64,000 bases of DNA from the human T2T-CHM13v2.0 reference genome, Homo sapiens, in assembly GCF_009914755.1 (NCBI RefSeq), contig NC_060948.1. One strand, given 5' to 3'. A program made the translations under genes and the position numbers. The notes under the pieces were generated by a model. It ran no database searches and was not told where the DNA came from. It saw nothing but the letters and a program-made list of their open reading frames with translations. Each line of letters begins with the position of its first letter. The first letter of the stretch is position 1. Below, piece after piece: positions 30,201-49,222 of the stretch.

Positions 30201-30740
30201 TTGAGCCCAGGAGTTTGACACCAGCATGGGCAATATGGTAAGACCCCATTATCTACAAAAAAAAAAAAAAAAAGAAAAGCCGGGCGTGGTGGTGGGTGCC
30301 TGTGGTCCCAGCTGCTCGGGACGCTGAGGTGGGAGGATTGCTTGAGCCCAGGAGTTTGACGCCAGCATGGGCAATATGGTAAGACCCTATTATCTACAAA
30401 AAAAAAAAAAAAAAAAAAAGAAAGAAAAATTAGCCTGGTGTGGTGGTGGGTGCCTGTGGTCCCAGCTGCTCGGGACGCTGAGGTGGGAGGATTGCTTGAG
30501 CCCAGGAGTTTGACGCCAGCATGGGCAATATGGTAAGACCCTATTATCTCCAAAAAAAAAAAAAAAAAAAAAAAAAAAGAAAGAAAAATTAGCCTGGTGT
30601 GGTGGTGGGTGCCTGTGGTCCCAGCTGCTCGGGACGCTGAGGTGGGAGGATCACCTGAGCCCAGGAGGTGGAGGCTGCAGTGAGCTTAGATTGCAGCACT
30701 GTGCTCCAGCCTGGGTGACAGAGTGAGACCCCATCTCAAA
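27230..30740 (+). repeat. Alu-derived VNTR, ~140-155-bp monomer x ~23
   Basis: Unit gccgggcgtggtggtgggtgcctgtggtcccagc...aggagtttgacaccagcatgggcaatatggtaagaccccattatctac(A)n; the array ends in a normal Alu right arm. Confidence 0.96.
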
Positions 30741-30766
30741 CAAGAAGCACCAAAAGGTGTCTGAGA

Positions 30767-31230
<464 letters not shown>

Positions 31231-31499
31231 CACGAGTGGAATTGTGACGTGCACAGCCTGGGTAAATGGGGTTAGCTATATTCACCCTTAAGGGGGCACA
31301 TACCCTATTATTTCTAACACCACTGAACTCAGAATCGGGACCCAGATTCGCCGGGGCAGCGCGGGACGAGGCCTCTCCCGGGCTCCGTCTTCCCTGTTAA
31401 TAGACTGAGAGACGGAATGAGAGCTTCGAAGGTGCTGGGGGAGGAGCATTGGGTGTCCCCAGGTGGTGAGCTTGGGTGTGTGTGTGTAGCCAACAGTCT

Positions 31500-31569
31500 C
31501 CCAGGCTCAGTCTTCCCTGTTAATAGACTGAGAGACGGAATGAGGGCGTCCCCAGGTGGTGAGCTCAGG

Positions 31570-31610
<41 letters not shown>

Positions 31611-31806
31611 CCGTCAATCTCCTGGGCTCCTGGGTTCCGTCTGCCCTGTTCATAGAGACAGAATGAGGGCGTCCCCAGGTGGTGAGCTCAGGGACGTGTG
31701 TGTGTGTGTGTGTGTGTGTGTAGCCGTCAATCTGGGCTCCTGGGTTCCGTCTGCCCTGTTCATAGAGACAGAATGAGGGCGTCCCCAGGTGGTGAGCTCA
31801 GGGACG

Positions 31807-31850
<44 letters not shown>

Positions 31851-31932
31851 CCGTCAATCTCCTGGGCTCCTGGGTTCCGTCTGCCCTGTTCATAGAGATG
31901 GAATGAGGGCGTCCCCAGGTGGTGAGCTCAGG

Positions 31933-31973
<41 letters not shown>

Positions 31974-32059
31974 CCGTCAATCTCCTGGGCTCCTGGGTTC
32001 CGTCTGCCCTGTTCATAGAGATGGAATGAGGGCGTCCCCAGGTGGTGAGCTCAGGGACG

Positions 32060-32093
<34 letters not shown>

Positions 32094-32175
32094 CCGTCAA
32101 TCTCCTGGGCTCCTGGGTTCCGTCTGCCCTGTTCATAGAGATGGAATGAGGGCGTCCCCAGGTGGTGAGCTCAGG

Positions 32176-32216
<41 letters not shown>

Positions 32217-32302
32217 CCGTCAGTCTCCTGGGCTCCTGGGTTCCGTCTGCCCTGTTCATAGAGATGGAATGAGGGCGTCCCCAGGTGGTGAGCTCAGGGA
32301 CG

Positions 32303-32336
<34 letters not shown>

Positions 32337-32418
32337 CCGTCAGTCTCCTGGGCTCCTGGGTTCCGTCTGCCCTGTTCATAGAGATGGAATGAGGGCGTCC
32401 CCAGGTGGTGAGCTCAGG

Positions 32419-32465
<47 letters not shown>

Positions 32466-32547
32466 CCGTCAATCTCCTGGGCTCCTGGGTTCCGTCTGCC
32501 CTGTTCATAGAGATGGAATGAGGGCGTCCCCAGGTGGTGAGCTCAGG

Positions 32548-32586
<39 letters not shown>

Positions 32587-32780
32587 CCGTCAATCTCCTG
32601 GGCTCCTGGGTTCCGTCTGCCCTGTTCATAGAGACGGAATGAGGGCGTCCCCAGGTGGTGAGCTCAGGGACGTTGTGTGTGTGTGTGTGTGTGTGTAGCC
32701 GTCAATCTCCTGGGCTCCTGGGTTCCGTCTGCCCTGTTCATAGAGACGGAATGAGGGCGTCCCCAGGTGGTGAGCTCAGG

Positions 32781-32821
<41 letters not shown>

Positions 32822-32903
32822 CGGTCAGTCTCCTGGGCTCCTGGGTTCCGTCTGCCCTGTTCATAGAGATGGAATGAGGGTGTCCCCAGGTGGTGAGCTC
32901 AGG

Positions 32904-32940
<37 letters not shown>

Positions 32941-33024
32941 CCGTCAGTCTCCTGGGCTCCTGGGTTCCGTCTGCCCTGTTCATAGAGATGGAATGAGGGC
33001 GTCCCCAGGTGGTGAGCTCAGGGA

Positions 33025-33069
<45 letters not shown>

Positions 33070-33151
33070 CCGTCAATCTCCTGGGCTCCTGGGTTCCGTC
33101 TGCCCTGTTCATAGAGATGGAATGAGGGCGTCCCCAGGTGGTGAGCTCAGG

Positions 33152-33186
<35 letters not shown>

Positions 33187-33271
33187 CCGTCAATCTCCTG
33201 GGCTCCTGGGTTCCGTCTGCCCTGTTCATAGAGACGGAATGAGGGCGTCCCCAGGTGGTGAGCTCAGGGAC

Positions 33272-33310
<39 letters not shown>

Positions 33311-33395
33311 CCGTCAATCTCCTGGGCTCCTGGGTTCCGTCTGCCCTGTTCATAGAGATGGAATGAGGGCGTCCCCAGGTGGTGAGCTCAGGGAC

Positions 33396-33428
<33 letters not shown>

Positions 33429-33510
33429 CCGTCAATCTCCTGGGCTCCTGGGTTCCGTCTGCCCTGTTCATAGAGATGGAATGAGGGCGTCCCCAGGTGG
33501 TGAGCTCAGG

Positions 33511-33549
<39 letters not shown>

Positions 33550-33631
33550 CCGTCAATCTCCTGGGCTCCTGGGTTCCGTCTGCCCTGTTCATAGAGATGG
33601 AATGAGGGCGTCCCCAGGTGGTGAGCTCAGG

Positions 33632-33666
<35 letters not shown>

Positions 33667-33866
33667 CCGTCAGTCTCCTGGGCTCCTGGGTTCCGTCTGC
33701 CCTGTTCATAGAGATGGAATGAGGGCGTCCCCAGGTGGTGAGCTCAGGGACGGTGTGTGTGTGTGTGTGTGTGTGTGTAGCCGTCAATCTCCTGGGCTCC
33801 TGGGTTCCGTCTGCCCTGTTCATAGAGATGGAATGAGGGCGTCCCCAGGTGGTGAGCTCAGGGACG

Positions 33867-33904
<38 letters not shown>

Positions 33905-33990
33905 CCGTCAGTCTCCTGGGCTCCTGGGTTCCGTCTGCCCTGTTCATAGAGATGGAATGAGGGCGTCCCCAGGTGGTGAGCTCAGGGACG

Positions 33991-34032
<42 letters not shown>

Positions 34033-34114
34033 CCGTCAATCTCCTGGGCTCCTGGGTTCCGTCTGCCCTGTTCATAGAGATGGAATGAGGGCGTCCCCAG
34101 GTGGTGAGCTCAGG

Positions 34115-34153
<39 letters not shown>

Positions 34154-34236
34154 CCGTCAATCTGGGCTCCTGGGTTCCGTCTGCCCTGTTCATAGAGACA
34201 GAATGAGGGCGTCCCCAGGTGGTGAGCTCAGGGACG

Positions 34237-34276
<40 letters not shown>

Positions 34277-34358
34277 CCGTCAATCTCCTGGGCTCCTGGG
34301 TTCCGTCTGCCCTGTTCATAGAGATGGAATGAGGGCGTCCCCAGGTGGTGAGCTCAGG

Positions 34359-34401
<43 letters not shown>

Positions 34402-34483
34402 CCGTCAATCTCCTGGGCTCCTGGGTTCCGTCTGCCCTGTTCATAGAGACGGAATGAGGGCGTCCCCAGGTGGTGAGCTCAGG

Positions 34484-34524
<41 letters not shown>

Positions 34525-34606
34525 CCGTCAATCTCCTGGGCTCCTGGGTTCCGTCTGCCCTGTTCATAGAGACAGAATGAGGGCGTCCCCAGGTGGTGAG
34601 CTCAGG

Positions 34607-34643
<37 letters not shown>

Positions 34644-34725
34644 CCGTCAATCTCCTGGGCTCCTGGGTTCCGTCTGCCCTGTTCATGGAGACAGAATGAG
34701 GGCGTCCCCAGGTGGTGAGCTCAGG

Positions 34726-34764
<39 letters not shown>

Positions 34765-34846
34765 CCGTCAATCTCCTGGGCTCCTGGGTTCCGTCTGCCC
34801 TGTTCATGGAGACAGAATGAGGGCGTCCCCAGGTGGTGAGCTCAGG

Positions 34847-34885
<39 letters not shown>

Positions 34886-34982
34886 CCGTCAATCTCCTGG
34901 GCTCCTGGGTTCCGTCTGCCCTGTTCATAGAGACGGAATGAGGGCGTCCTCAGGTGGTGAGCTCAGGGACGTGTGTGTAGCC
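31500..34982. repeat. ~120-bp VNTR (~29 copies), each unit with an internal (TG)n microsatellite
   Basis: agccgtcaatctcctgggctcctgggttccgtctgccctgttcatagagatggaatgagggcgtccccaggtggtgagctcagggacg(tg)n. Confidence 0.97.
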
Positions 34983-35302
34983 ATGATTATCCTTTAGTAC
35001 CTGGTCCCTGTGCCCTCCGAGCCATCCAAGGGCTTCAGGAGGCCGCGCAGAAGGAGGGTCGGTAAGCGAGTCCACGGACCACCACGCAGGCCCTGACCCC
35101 GCCAGGGGCCCTTTGGAGGGTGAGCCCTGCGTGTTGGGGGGATGATGGCTCCGGAGGGTGAGCTCTGGGATGAGAGGGGACGTGCAGGTGGCCGCATTGC
35201 AGACACAGCTGGCTCGGGACCTGGGCGCCATCTGCCGTCGACTCAGCTCGCTCCTGAGCTGTGCCTCTTCCTTGCCTCACGTTGGAGATAAAAAGCCATA
35301 GA

Positions 35303-38778
<3,476 letters not shown>

Positions 38779-39129
38779 TGATGACGGCTCTAGGAGTTTG
38801 GTTGTGGAGCACAGATGCCGGCGGTGTGGGCACGAGGCCCTGCACCTGCGTTTCTCCTGCACGGGCCCCGGAACCCCGGGATGGGATCTCTGTGGAGTGA
38901 TCACGTCAGTGGGCTCTCGGCGAGGCTGGCGGGTGGGAGTCGGCGGCATCCGGGCCGGGCCCCCGAGGCTTGGCTCCCTCTCTGCACCCCAGGGGTCCCA
39001 CAGGCTGGTGACAGCGCGACTGAAGGCCACGCTGCAGTCAGGAGGCCGCCCCACGTGTGACCCCGGGTCTTCCCGCCCCGCCCTGACCCAGGGTCCTGGC
39101 CTTCCACGTGTGACCCTGGTTTTGGCACC

Positions 39130-40017
39130 TGTCCCCGCCCCCCCGTCCTGTTCCCCTCCTCTCTCCCTGCCCCCCCTCCCCTCTCCCCGCCCCCCCTCCT
39201 CTCTCCCCGCCCCCCCTCCCCTCTCCCCGCCCCCCCCTCTCCCCGTCCCCCCTCCCTCTCTCCCCGTCCCCCCTCCCTCTCTCCCCGTCCCCCCTCCCCT
39301 CTCCCCGCCCCCCCATCCCCCCTCCCCTCTCCCCGCCCCCCCTCCCCGTCCCCCTCCCCCCTCCCCGCCCCCCTCCCCTCTTCCTGCCCTCCCCTCTCCC
39401 TGCCCCCCCCTCCCTGCCCCCTCCCCTCTCCCCGCCCCCCTCCCCTCTCCCCGCCCCCCCTCTCCCCACCCCCCTCCCCTCTCCCCCTCCCCCCTCCCAC
39501 TCCCCTCTCCCCCTCCTCTCTCCCCCTCCCCCCTCCCCCTCCCCTCTCCTCTCTCCCCGCCCCCCTCCCTCTCTCCCCGCCCCCCTCCCTCTCTCCCCGT
39601 CCCCCTCTCCTCTCTCCCCGTCCCCCTCCCTCTCTCCCCGTCCCCCTCCCTCTCTCCCCGTCCCCCTCCCTCTCCCCGTCCCCCTCTCCTCTCTCCCCGT
39701 CCCCCCTCCTCTCTCCCCGTCCCCCCTCCCCCTCTCCCCGTCCCCCCTCCCCCTCTCCCCGTCCCCCCTCCCCCTCTCCCCGTCCCCCCTCCCCCTCTCC
39801 CCGTCCCCCCTCCCCCCCTCCCCGTCCCCCCTCCCCCCCTCCCCGTCCCCCCTCCCCCCTCCCCGTCCCCCCTCCCCCCCTCCCCGTCCCCCCTCCCCCT
39901 CCCCCCGTCCCCCGTCCCCCCTCCCCCTCTCCCCGTCCCCCCCTCCCCCTCTCCCCGTCCCCCCCTCCCCCTCTCCCCGTCCCCCCCTCCCCCTCTCCCC
40001 GTCCCATCTCTCCCTTG
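39130..40017. repeat. C-rich low-complexity tandem repeat (ctctccccgtccccc)n
   Basis: Near-pure pyrimidine tract with ~18-21-nt periodicity. Confidence 0.95.
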
Positions 40018-40476
40018 AGTCCTTGGGTGGTCCTGGCCGCACGCCTACCTGGCGGCCCCATCCCTCCCTTCAGGGCAGGGACAGCCGATGCCCCGCACCT
40101 CCCCCATCGCTTTTCTGCCTCTGCCCCCTCCCCACATAGGCCTGGCGTCCCCTGGACTCCTGTAGGCCGAGCTGTAGTCTTAAGAAGTCAGTGTGTCCCG
40201 CAGCCCTAAAAGGTTGGGGTACCCTCCGGCCGTCATGTTCTGGGCACCCTATAGTCCTAAAGGGTCAGGGCACCCCATGGCTGTCATGTTTAGAGTACCC
40301 CGTAGTCCTAAAGGATTGGGGCACCCCACATCCCCGGTGTTCAGGGCACGTCATAGTCCTAAAAGGTCGGGGTACCCCTGGATGAGGGGCGGTCAGGAGG
40401 GTCAGGGCCCGGGTGGACATCCTGTCATCCTACCCTGTGGGCCATGCCCTGTGTCCCTGACTCTGACATTGGGTGA

Positions 40477-41159
<683 letters not shown>

Positions 41160-44100
41160 CTAAGCCCCACTTCTCTGAGTCTCCTGCAAGGTTTGTGTGA
41201 GTGCCTGCGGGCCGAGGCCCTGGCGAGGAGGACGGGGGCTCGGGGGCCTCTGTGACCTGGGGGAGGGGCTGTCGCGTCCCCCTGTGGTCGCGTCCCCCTG
41301 TGGTCGCGTCCCCCTGTGGTCGCACCTGTGGGCTGTCGGCCGTAGGTACCGCTCAGGCCCGTCCTGGTTGCGGGGCAAGGGCCTGTGTGTTGGGGGCTGA
41401 GAGACGGGGCCTAGAAGCCCTGTTGTGGGGAGGCCTGTGGGGGGCTTGTCCAAGCGGGACCTCCTATCCCTGCACCACTGGGGTCGTCCCCCCCCGACGG
41501 GGCCTCGTCCCCCCCGACGGGGCCTCGTCCCCCCCCATGGCTGCTCCGTGAGGTCAGGCAGCGCCGCGCTGGGGAGATGGGGTGGCCCTGTCCCCGCAGA
41601 GGGGCTGTTCTCTGGGGCAGAGGCGGGCAGGACCCCCCGCCTTGTGGTCAGGACCCACTCGTGGCAGCCGGGGCTGCTGCGGGAGCTGATAACGGGGTGG
41701 AGACAGCTACGCCATGGTGAGGACACGGGGCCGGGGGAGGCTGCAGCCGACGGCCAGGCCCCCCTGCGGAAGACCCGGGGCAGCCCCCGCCTAGGAGCTG
41801 CGCAGACACGTCCTGGGGCCGCTGTTTCACCGAGACCCGAACGGCTGCTCCCCAGGCTCTGAGTGGCGTGTGCGGCAGCCAAGGCTGGGGGAGCTGTGAC
41901 TTCTACACGGCGCCAGGGCGCAGGGATCCCTGCTGTGCCAGGGTCTGCCCGTGGGTCATGGGGAACGTGGTTCGAGGCCCCTCTGCTGTAGCCACGCAGC
42001 AGCGTCTTGCCGGGTGCGTGGCCTTGTCTGCAGGCTTGAGACCCAGCGGGGCCGTCTGTGCCACGTGGGGTCTGCGCCGGCCCAGGGGCCGCACCGCTGT
42101 CAGCCACAGGATGTGTGTCTCGGGGCTGCGGCAGACGGGGCTTCTGTGCCGTGTGGGGTCCGACCCCTCGGCCTGGGCAGGGCGGCCCGTGGGCACCGTG
42201 CTGGGGACGACCTCCGGCCTCTGCTCCTTCCCCGGCTCTGAGTCATAAAGGCCTCCCGCTCCCCCGGGAGCCGTGTCTTCTCTAGGAACTGCTGAGCGCG
42301 GCTGGGTCTGGCTCTGCCTCATTCCTGCATCTGATGCCCGCCCGTTCTCCCCCAACTCCCCTTTCTCCATCTCCTCCCTCCCCTCCGTCTTGCCCGTCTC
42401 CATTTCCTCCATCTCTCCCTTCTCCGTCTCCTCCGTCTCGTGGCTGTCCAGACCCCGTCCCTCCGCAGGCTGGGTCCCCCCTTGTTCTGGGCGGGGCTCT
42501 CGGTGCCGGTCTGGTGCCAGTGCTGGGAACCTGTGGTGCCCGTCACCTCTGCTCCCCGTCACCTCGGCTCCACCTCGAGGAGCTGTGTCCTGTCCCACGA
42601 GGAGGCGCCCCGGGACCTCAGGGCTGCAGGCCATGGCTGGGTCCGGCTTTGCCTCATCCCCTGTATCTGAGGCCCCCCAGTTCTCCCCCATCTCCCCCTC
42701 TCCATCTCCTCTGTCTCCCCCGTCTCATGGCTCTCCGGGCCCCGTCCCCCCCACCAGGCTGGGTCCCCTTATTCTGGGTAGCCCGTCTTGCCATCACTGT
42801 CCCTGCCGCCCCTCAGGACAGCGCTGTGGATGCCGGTCTGGTGCCGGCGGTCACCCCTGCTGCGCCTTGAGCAGCTGTGTCTTGTCCCGTGAGGAGGTGC
42901 CCCGGGACCTCAGGGCTGTGGCTGGCACCTTTCATGGTCCTCCCGGAACAGAGCTCATGCTGCTGCTCCTGGGTGGACCCGGGGCTGCCCCTGTGAACAC
43001 TCTTGGTTCTGACACGAAGGCACCCCGTGAGGGAGGGGAGGGGTGGGCTGGGTCGGGTCCCTGCTCGGGGATCTCCAAGGGGTGACGGCCACGAAGTGCG
43101 GGGGACCCACGATTGTCATTCAGAGGGTGAGGCGCTGAGCCCTGGAACATCCTGGCTTCTGGCGGGACGCTGGCCACGGTCAGGGTGCCCCGAGTGCTTG
43201 TTTTGTGGGGTCCCTGGCCCCCTGCACACGTGAGCCCTCGGGGGAATGGACCCCCAGAACACGTGGAGGGCATGACTGCTGGGCTCTGGGTCTCCCCGCA
43301 GCGCCGCCGTCCACTAGGACCCCCGACAGGACCCCCCCACTTCTCCGGCAAAGGTGTCGGTGTGCACGCCCGGCCCCGGCACTGCCCGGGGCATCTGGGG
43401 TTGTGGCTGGGGAAGGACGGGGCACTTGGGGGAATGCAGTGGGTACAGGGATGTCGGAGGATGCTCAGTGGCTGTGCAGGGGCCTCACCAGCGTCGTGGG
43501 TGGGGGACGCTGTCTTTCACGGCCCCAGGGAGGCCTCTCATGTCTCAGCCTTGAACCCTAATTGGGGGGGCTCCCAGTGTCAGTGTGGGGAGGCTGAGGG
43601 CGCTGGTCAGAGCCCTCCCATGACCATGGGCTCCGGCTCATAGGTGTGTGTGTGTTGGGGGGTGGTGTCCGGAGGTGGTGTGGGGCGGACATGGTCTCCC
43701 AGACGGGCTCCCCGGAGCTGAGGGCAGGGTGGGCCCTGCGGGCCGTGGCTCCCAGTGTCATTTCCCTGCGGCAGAACCTCCTGCCCTGCACCTGTCCTGT
43801 TGTTGGGGGTCCTGACCCTTCGCAGACCCAGGTGGGGGCATCCGGGAATTCAGGGGAGCACCTGGTGACACTGAGGACACCTTGGGGACAGCAGCATTCC
43901 CCCGGGAGGTGCTGCCTCGTCTACCCACCACCTGGAGCCCCCGCAGTCTCTCCTCAGGGGTCACGGGACCACCCTGTGCGTCCGCCTCCTTCACAGCGAC
44001 GGCTGCCGGTGGATGAACGGGGTGCGTATGCTGCTCTCGGGGTGGTCCCGGCTTGGCCCTGCCCTGCCGCGTGGACGCTGCCACCTCCGTTTCCTGGGGG

Positions 44101-44976
44101 AGAGTTTTGTCGTGTGTGAGGACGGGGTTGTTCCCATGGTCACCACCTGTGACCCTCACCTGCGTGCAGAGGGAGCACAGCTGGGCCTGGGCTCATCCAC
44201 GTCGGGTGCCCCTGGGGTGCTTGTGGCCTCCCCTGCACAGGGAGCTCCTCCTGGTGGGGCCTCCGACCCCCCTCATTTAGGTGTCCCCCAGCTGTGGACG
44301 TCCCCACTCTGGCGCGGGCTCCTTCCTTCTGGGGTCGTTTGTGGAACGGGGCCTGGGTCCGTGGCTCCGGGAGGGAACGGCCCCGAGGGTGGGGTCCCCC
44401 TGGCTGGGGAGGGGCCCCGCAGAGAGGCCCAGGCTGCACCCCGAGGCGTCTGGCGTGGCTGCGGTCCCCCTCCAGCACTGACGCTTGTAAATCCTGGACG
44501 GAGCCACGCTGTGGCTGAGGGAGCCGAGCCCGTGACTGAAAATCCTCCAAACGTACAAGCGTGATCGCCAGAAACGGTTTTGTACGTTTACACAAAACAT
44601 TCACACAGCCTGTGGTGGAGGCTCCTGTCCAGGACTGAGGCGCCCGGGAGCCGCCGGTCACCGTTGTGCGCACACGGACCCTTTCCACAGACGCAGGCCC
44701 CGGAACCCAGGCTGGGTCGGGAACGGCAAGCGCCAGAGGGTGTCCGTGTGGGAACCCGTCCCATTCACGCGCGGCCCTACGTGTCCCCCTGGCACAGAGC
44801 TCTGGGCAGGTCCAGCCACGAACCCACAGCGGCAATCAACACGCTTCTGTGAATAAATAAAAGTTTATCATTCCGTACAAACGCACTCATTTTCCACAAC
44901 AGTTTTTACACGAGCCGCGGTGGCCCGGTGGTGGCACGTGGGGAGCGGCCCCGCGGCGGCGTTCTCGCGGGCGGCG

Positions 44977-45127
44977 TCACAGCGGCTCCAGGTCCTCGTC
45001 CCCGCATGCGTACTCGTACAGGTCCACGGCGCCCAGCGGTGAGGGCGCCTCGAAGAAGGGCCTCTGGGCCAGCGGGGAGCGCAGCGCACTCAGCTTCTGC
45101 TCCACAGGGCTGAGCTCGGCCTCGAAC
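44977..45127 (-). CDS. PPP2R3B: PPP2R3B last coding exon (exon 13)
   Basis: (G)FEAELSPVEQKLSALRSPLAQRPFFEAPSPLGAVDLYEYACGDEDLEPL*. Confidence 0.95.
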
Positions 45128-46329
45128 CTGCAACGAGGGGATGGCGAAGACGTGGCCAGCAGCGCAGAGCAGGCCCTGGGCCGTTTTCCGGGAAACACAG
45201 GCTGCTCGGCCGCCAACCTCCAGCACGAGACAGTCCCCTGAGCCGACCTTGAGCTCCAGCCGCTGAGCCAGCAACGCGCTCCTGGCTGAGGACGCCGGCT
45301 CCACGAATGCTCCCGGGGGAGGGGCCTGCGGTGCAGGTGAAAACCCACCCAGGACGGGACGGAGCCCCGGGCGTGAGCTACACACAGAGGACCTGGGCGG
45401 GCGCGCCTCTTCCCCAAAGCGAGCTGCACGGGACCTGTGTTTACAACTGGGTCGTGGTGTCCACACAGGACTGGAGAACAAACAGGACCACAGTTTAGAC
45501 ACATTCTCCCAAAGCACAGAAGCTCCCAGTGGAGGCTACCACTTCCGTTCTGACCAGAACACGCAGCAGTGCGAGGACTGGACGCGCGCCTTCCCTTAAG
45601 GTCTCGGCAGTGACGTCGGGCGCTGCTCCGGGGAACCCAGCGCGGCCACGGACCACACAGACTCTCAGAGATCCTGTGGGGACACCTCTGCTTTCCAAGA
45701 CGCCCCCGACAGCCTGGCACTGAGCTCCCCGCGGTCACCCCCACGGACCTGAGCTCCCACTGCCGGAGCAGGCGTGGACACGGTGAAGGCAGTCGACCCC
45801 AGCGTGCTGCTGGCTGTGCCGCAGACACAAAGCCGGGCAGCCGTGGGGGTGGACACTGGTCAGGTGGGGAGCAGAGGTGACAGACGGTGGTGGGGACAGG
45901 CGCACACCCATCCAGGCTAGGTCTGGGGGCCACAGCTGCCTTAGGGTGTCCGACAGGAGAAGGCAGAGACTGGGAAGTTGTGGGGACCCAGAGGTTGGCT
46001 GCCAGGTCAGAGCCACCGTGCAAACAATGACCACGAGGAGGACGGACACACAGGACAGACGGCCCAGGGTGGGCCGCAGGGGCCCTGTGCTGCTTGGCAG
46101 GAATCGGACGGGGCGGCTGATGGGGGAGCAGGGGTTAAAATGCACGTCCATGGAACCCATGGGTCGGGAACCCAACGGTAACCAGAAAGTATTTTGAGCT
46201 GCACCAAAATCAGAAGGCCGCGGGCTGCGGTGTCCATGGCCCACGTCGCTGCCTGAAGATACTCAAGGAAAACAGCAGAACAAAGGGGAGAAACACCCGT
46301 GGTTCCCTGGGAAGAGGAGTGAACCTCGT

Positions 46330-48760
<2,431 letters not shown>

Positions 48761-49124
48761 CACGAAGAACCCTCACGCTCCGTGAGAAAGCAACCAGCCC
48801 AGGGCCTCTCAGGGCCTCCAAGGCTGGAAGGCCGAAGCGGAGGCTGGAATGGCCACGGGCCCTGCAGCCTGCCCAGCAGGTGCCAGCCGTGGGATAAGGA
48901 CAGACGTCGTTGGCGAAACACGACTCGGCCTCCCCGTGCTGGGCCTGATGTGCGAAGCCTCGCGCCCAGGATCACAGAACCCCACGCGGGGAATGACGGG
49001 CAGACTGCACCGAGGCCCGGCCCTGTCATCGGCTGTCCTTACCTCACCGGCCCCGTGTCAGGTCTCACCCCGCCCCTCTGTGTCCGCGCACCCCACCTGA
49101 CTGACCCCGCATCCCCCGGCTGCA

Positions 49125-49222
49125 CACACACCCGTCCTCCCACTCACCCGTCCTCCCCACTCACCCGTCCTCCCACTGACCCGTCCCCCCACTCACCCGT
49201 CCTCCCCACTCACCCGTCCTCC
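49125..49222 (-). repeat. 16-17-bp tandem repeat of the PPP2R3B exon 12 donor
   Basis: cactcacccgtcctcc x ~6 (GGAGGACGG|GTGAGTG on -). Confidence 0.9.

Noticed and set aside
27230-30740. Tandem 7SL/Pol III RNA genes
   Set aside because: Units are Alu-arm chimeras with no SRP S domain and a degenerate B-box (gtttgacac).
31500-34982. CRISPR-like alternation of a constant repeat and a variable spacer
   Set aside because: The spacers are just (TG)n of varying length, the repeat is ~86 bp, there are no cas genes, and the DNA is mammalian.
44977-46023. 348-aa minus-strand ORF as a standalone gene
   Set aside because: Only the last ~50 codons are PPP2R3B exon 13; the upstream part is GC-rich intron read in frame.
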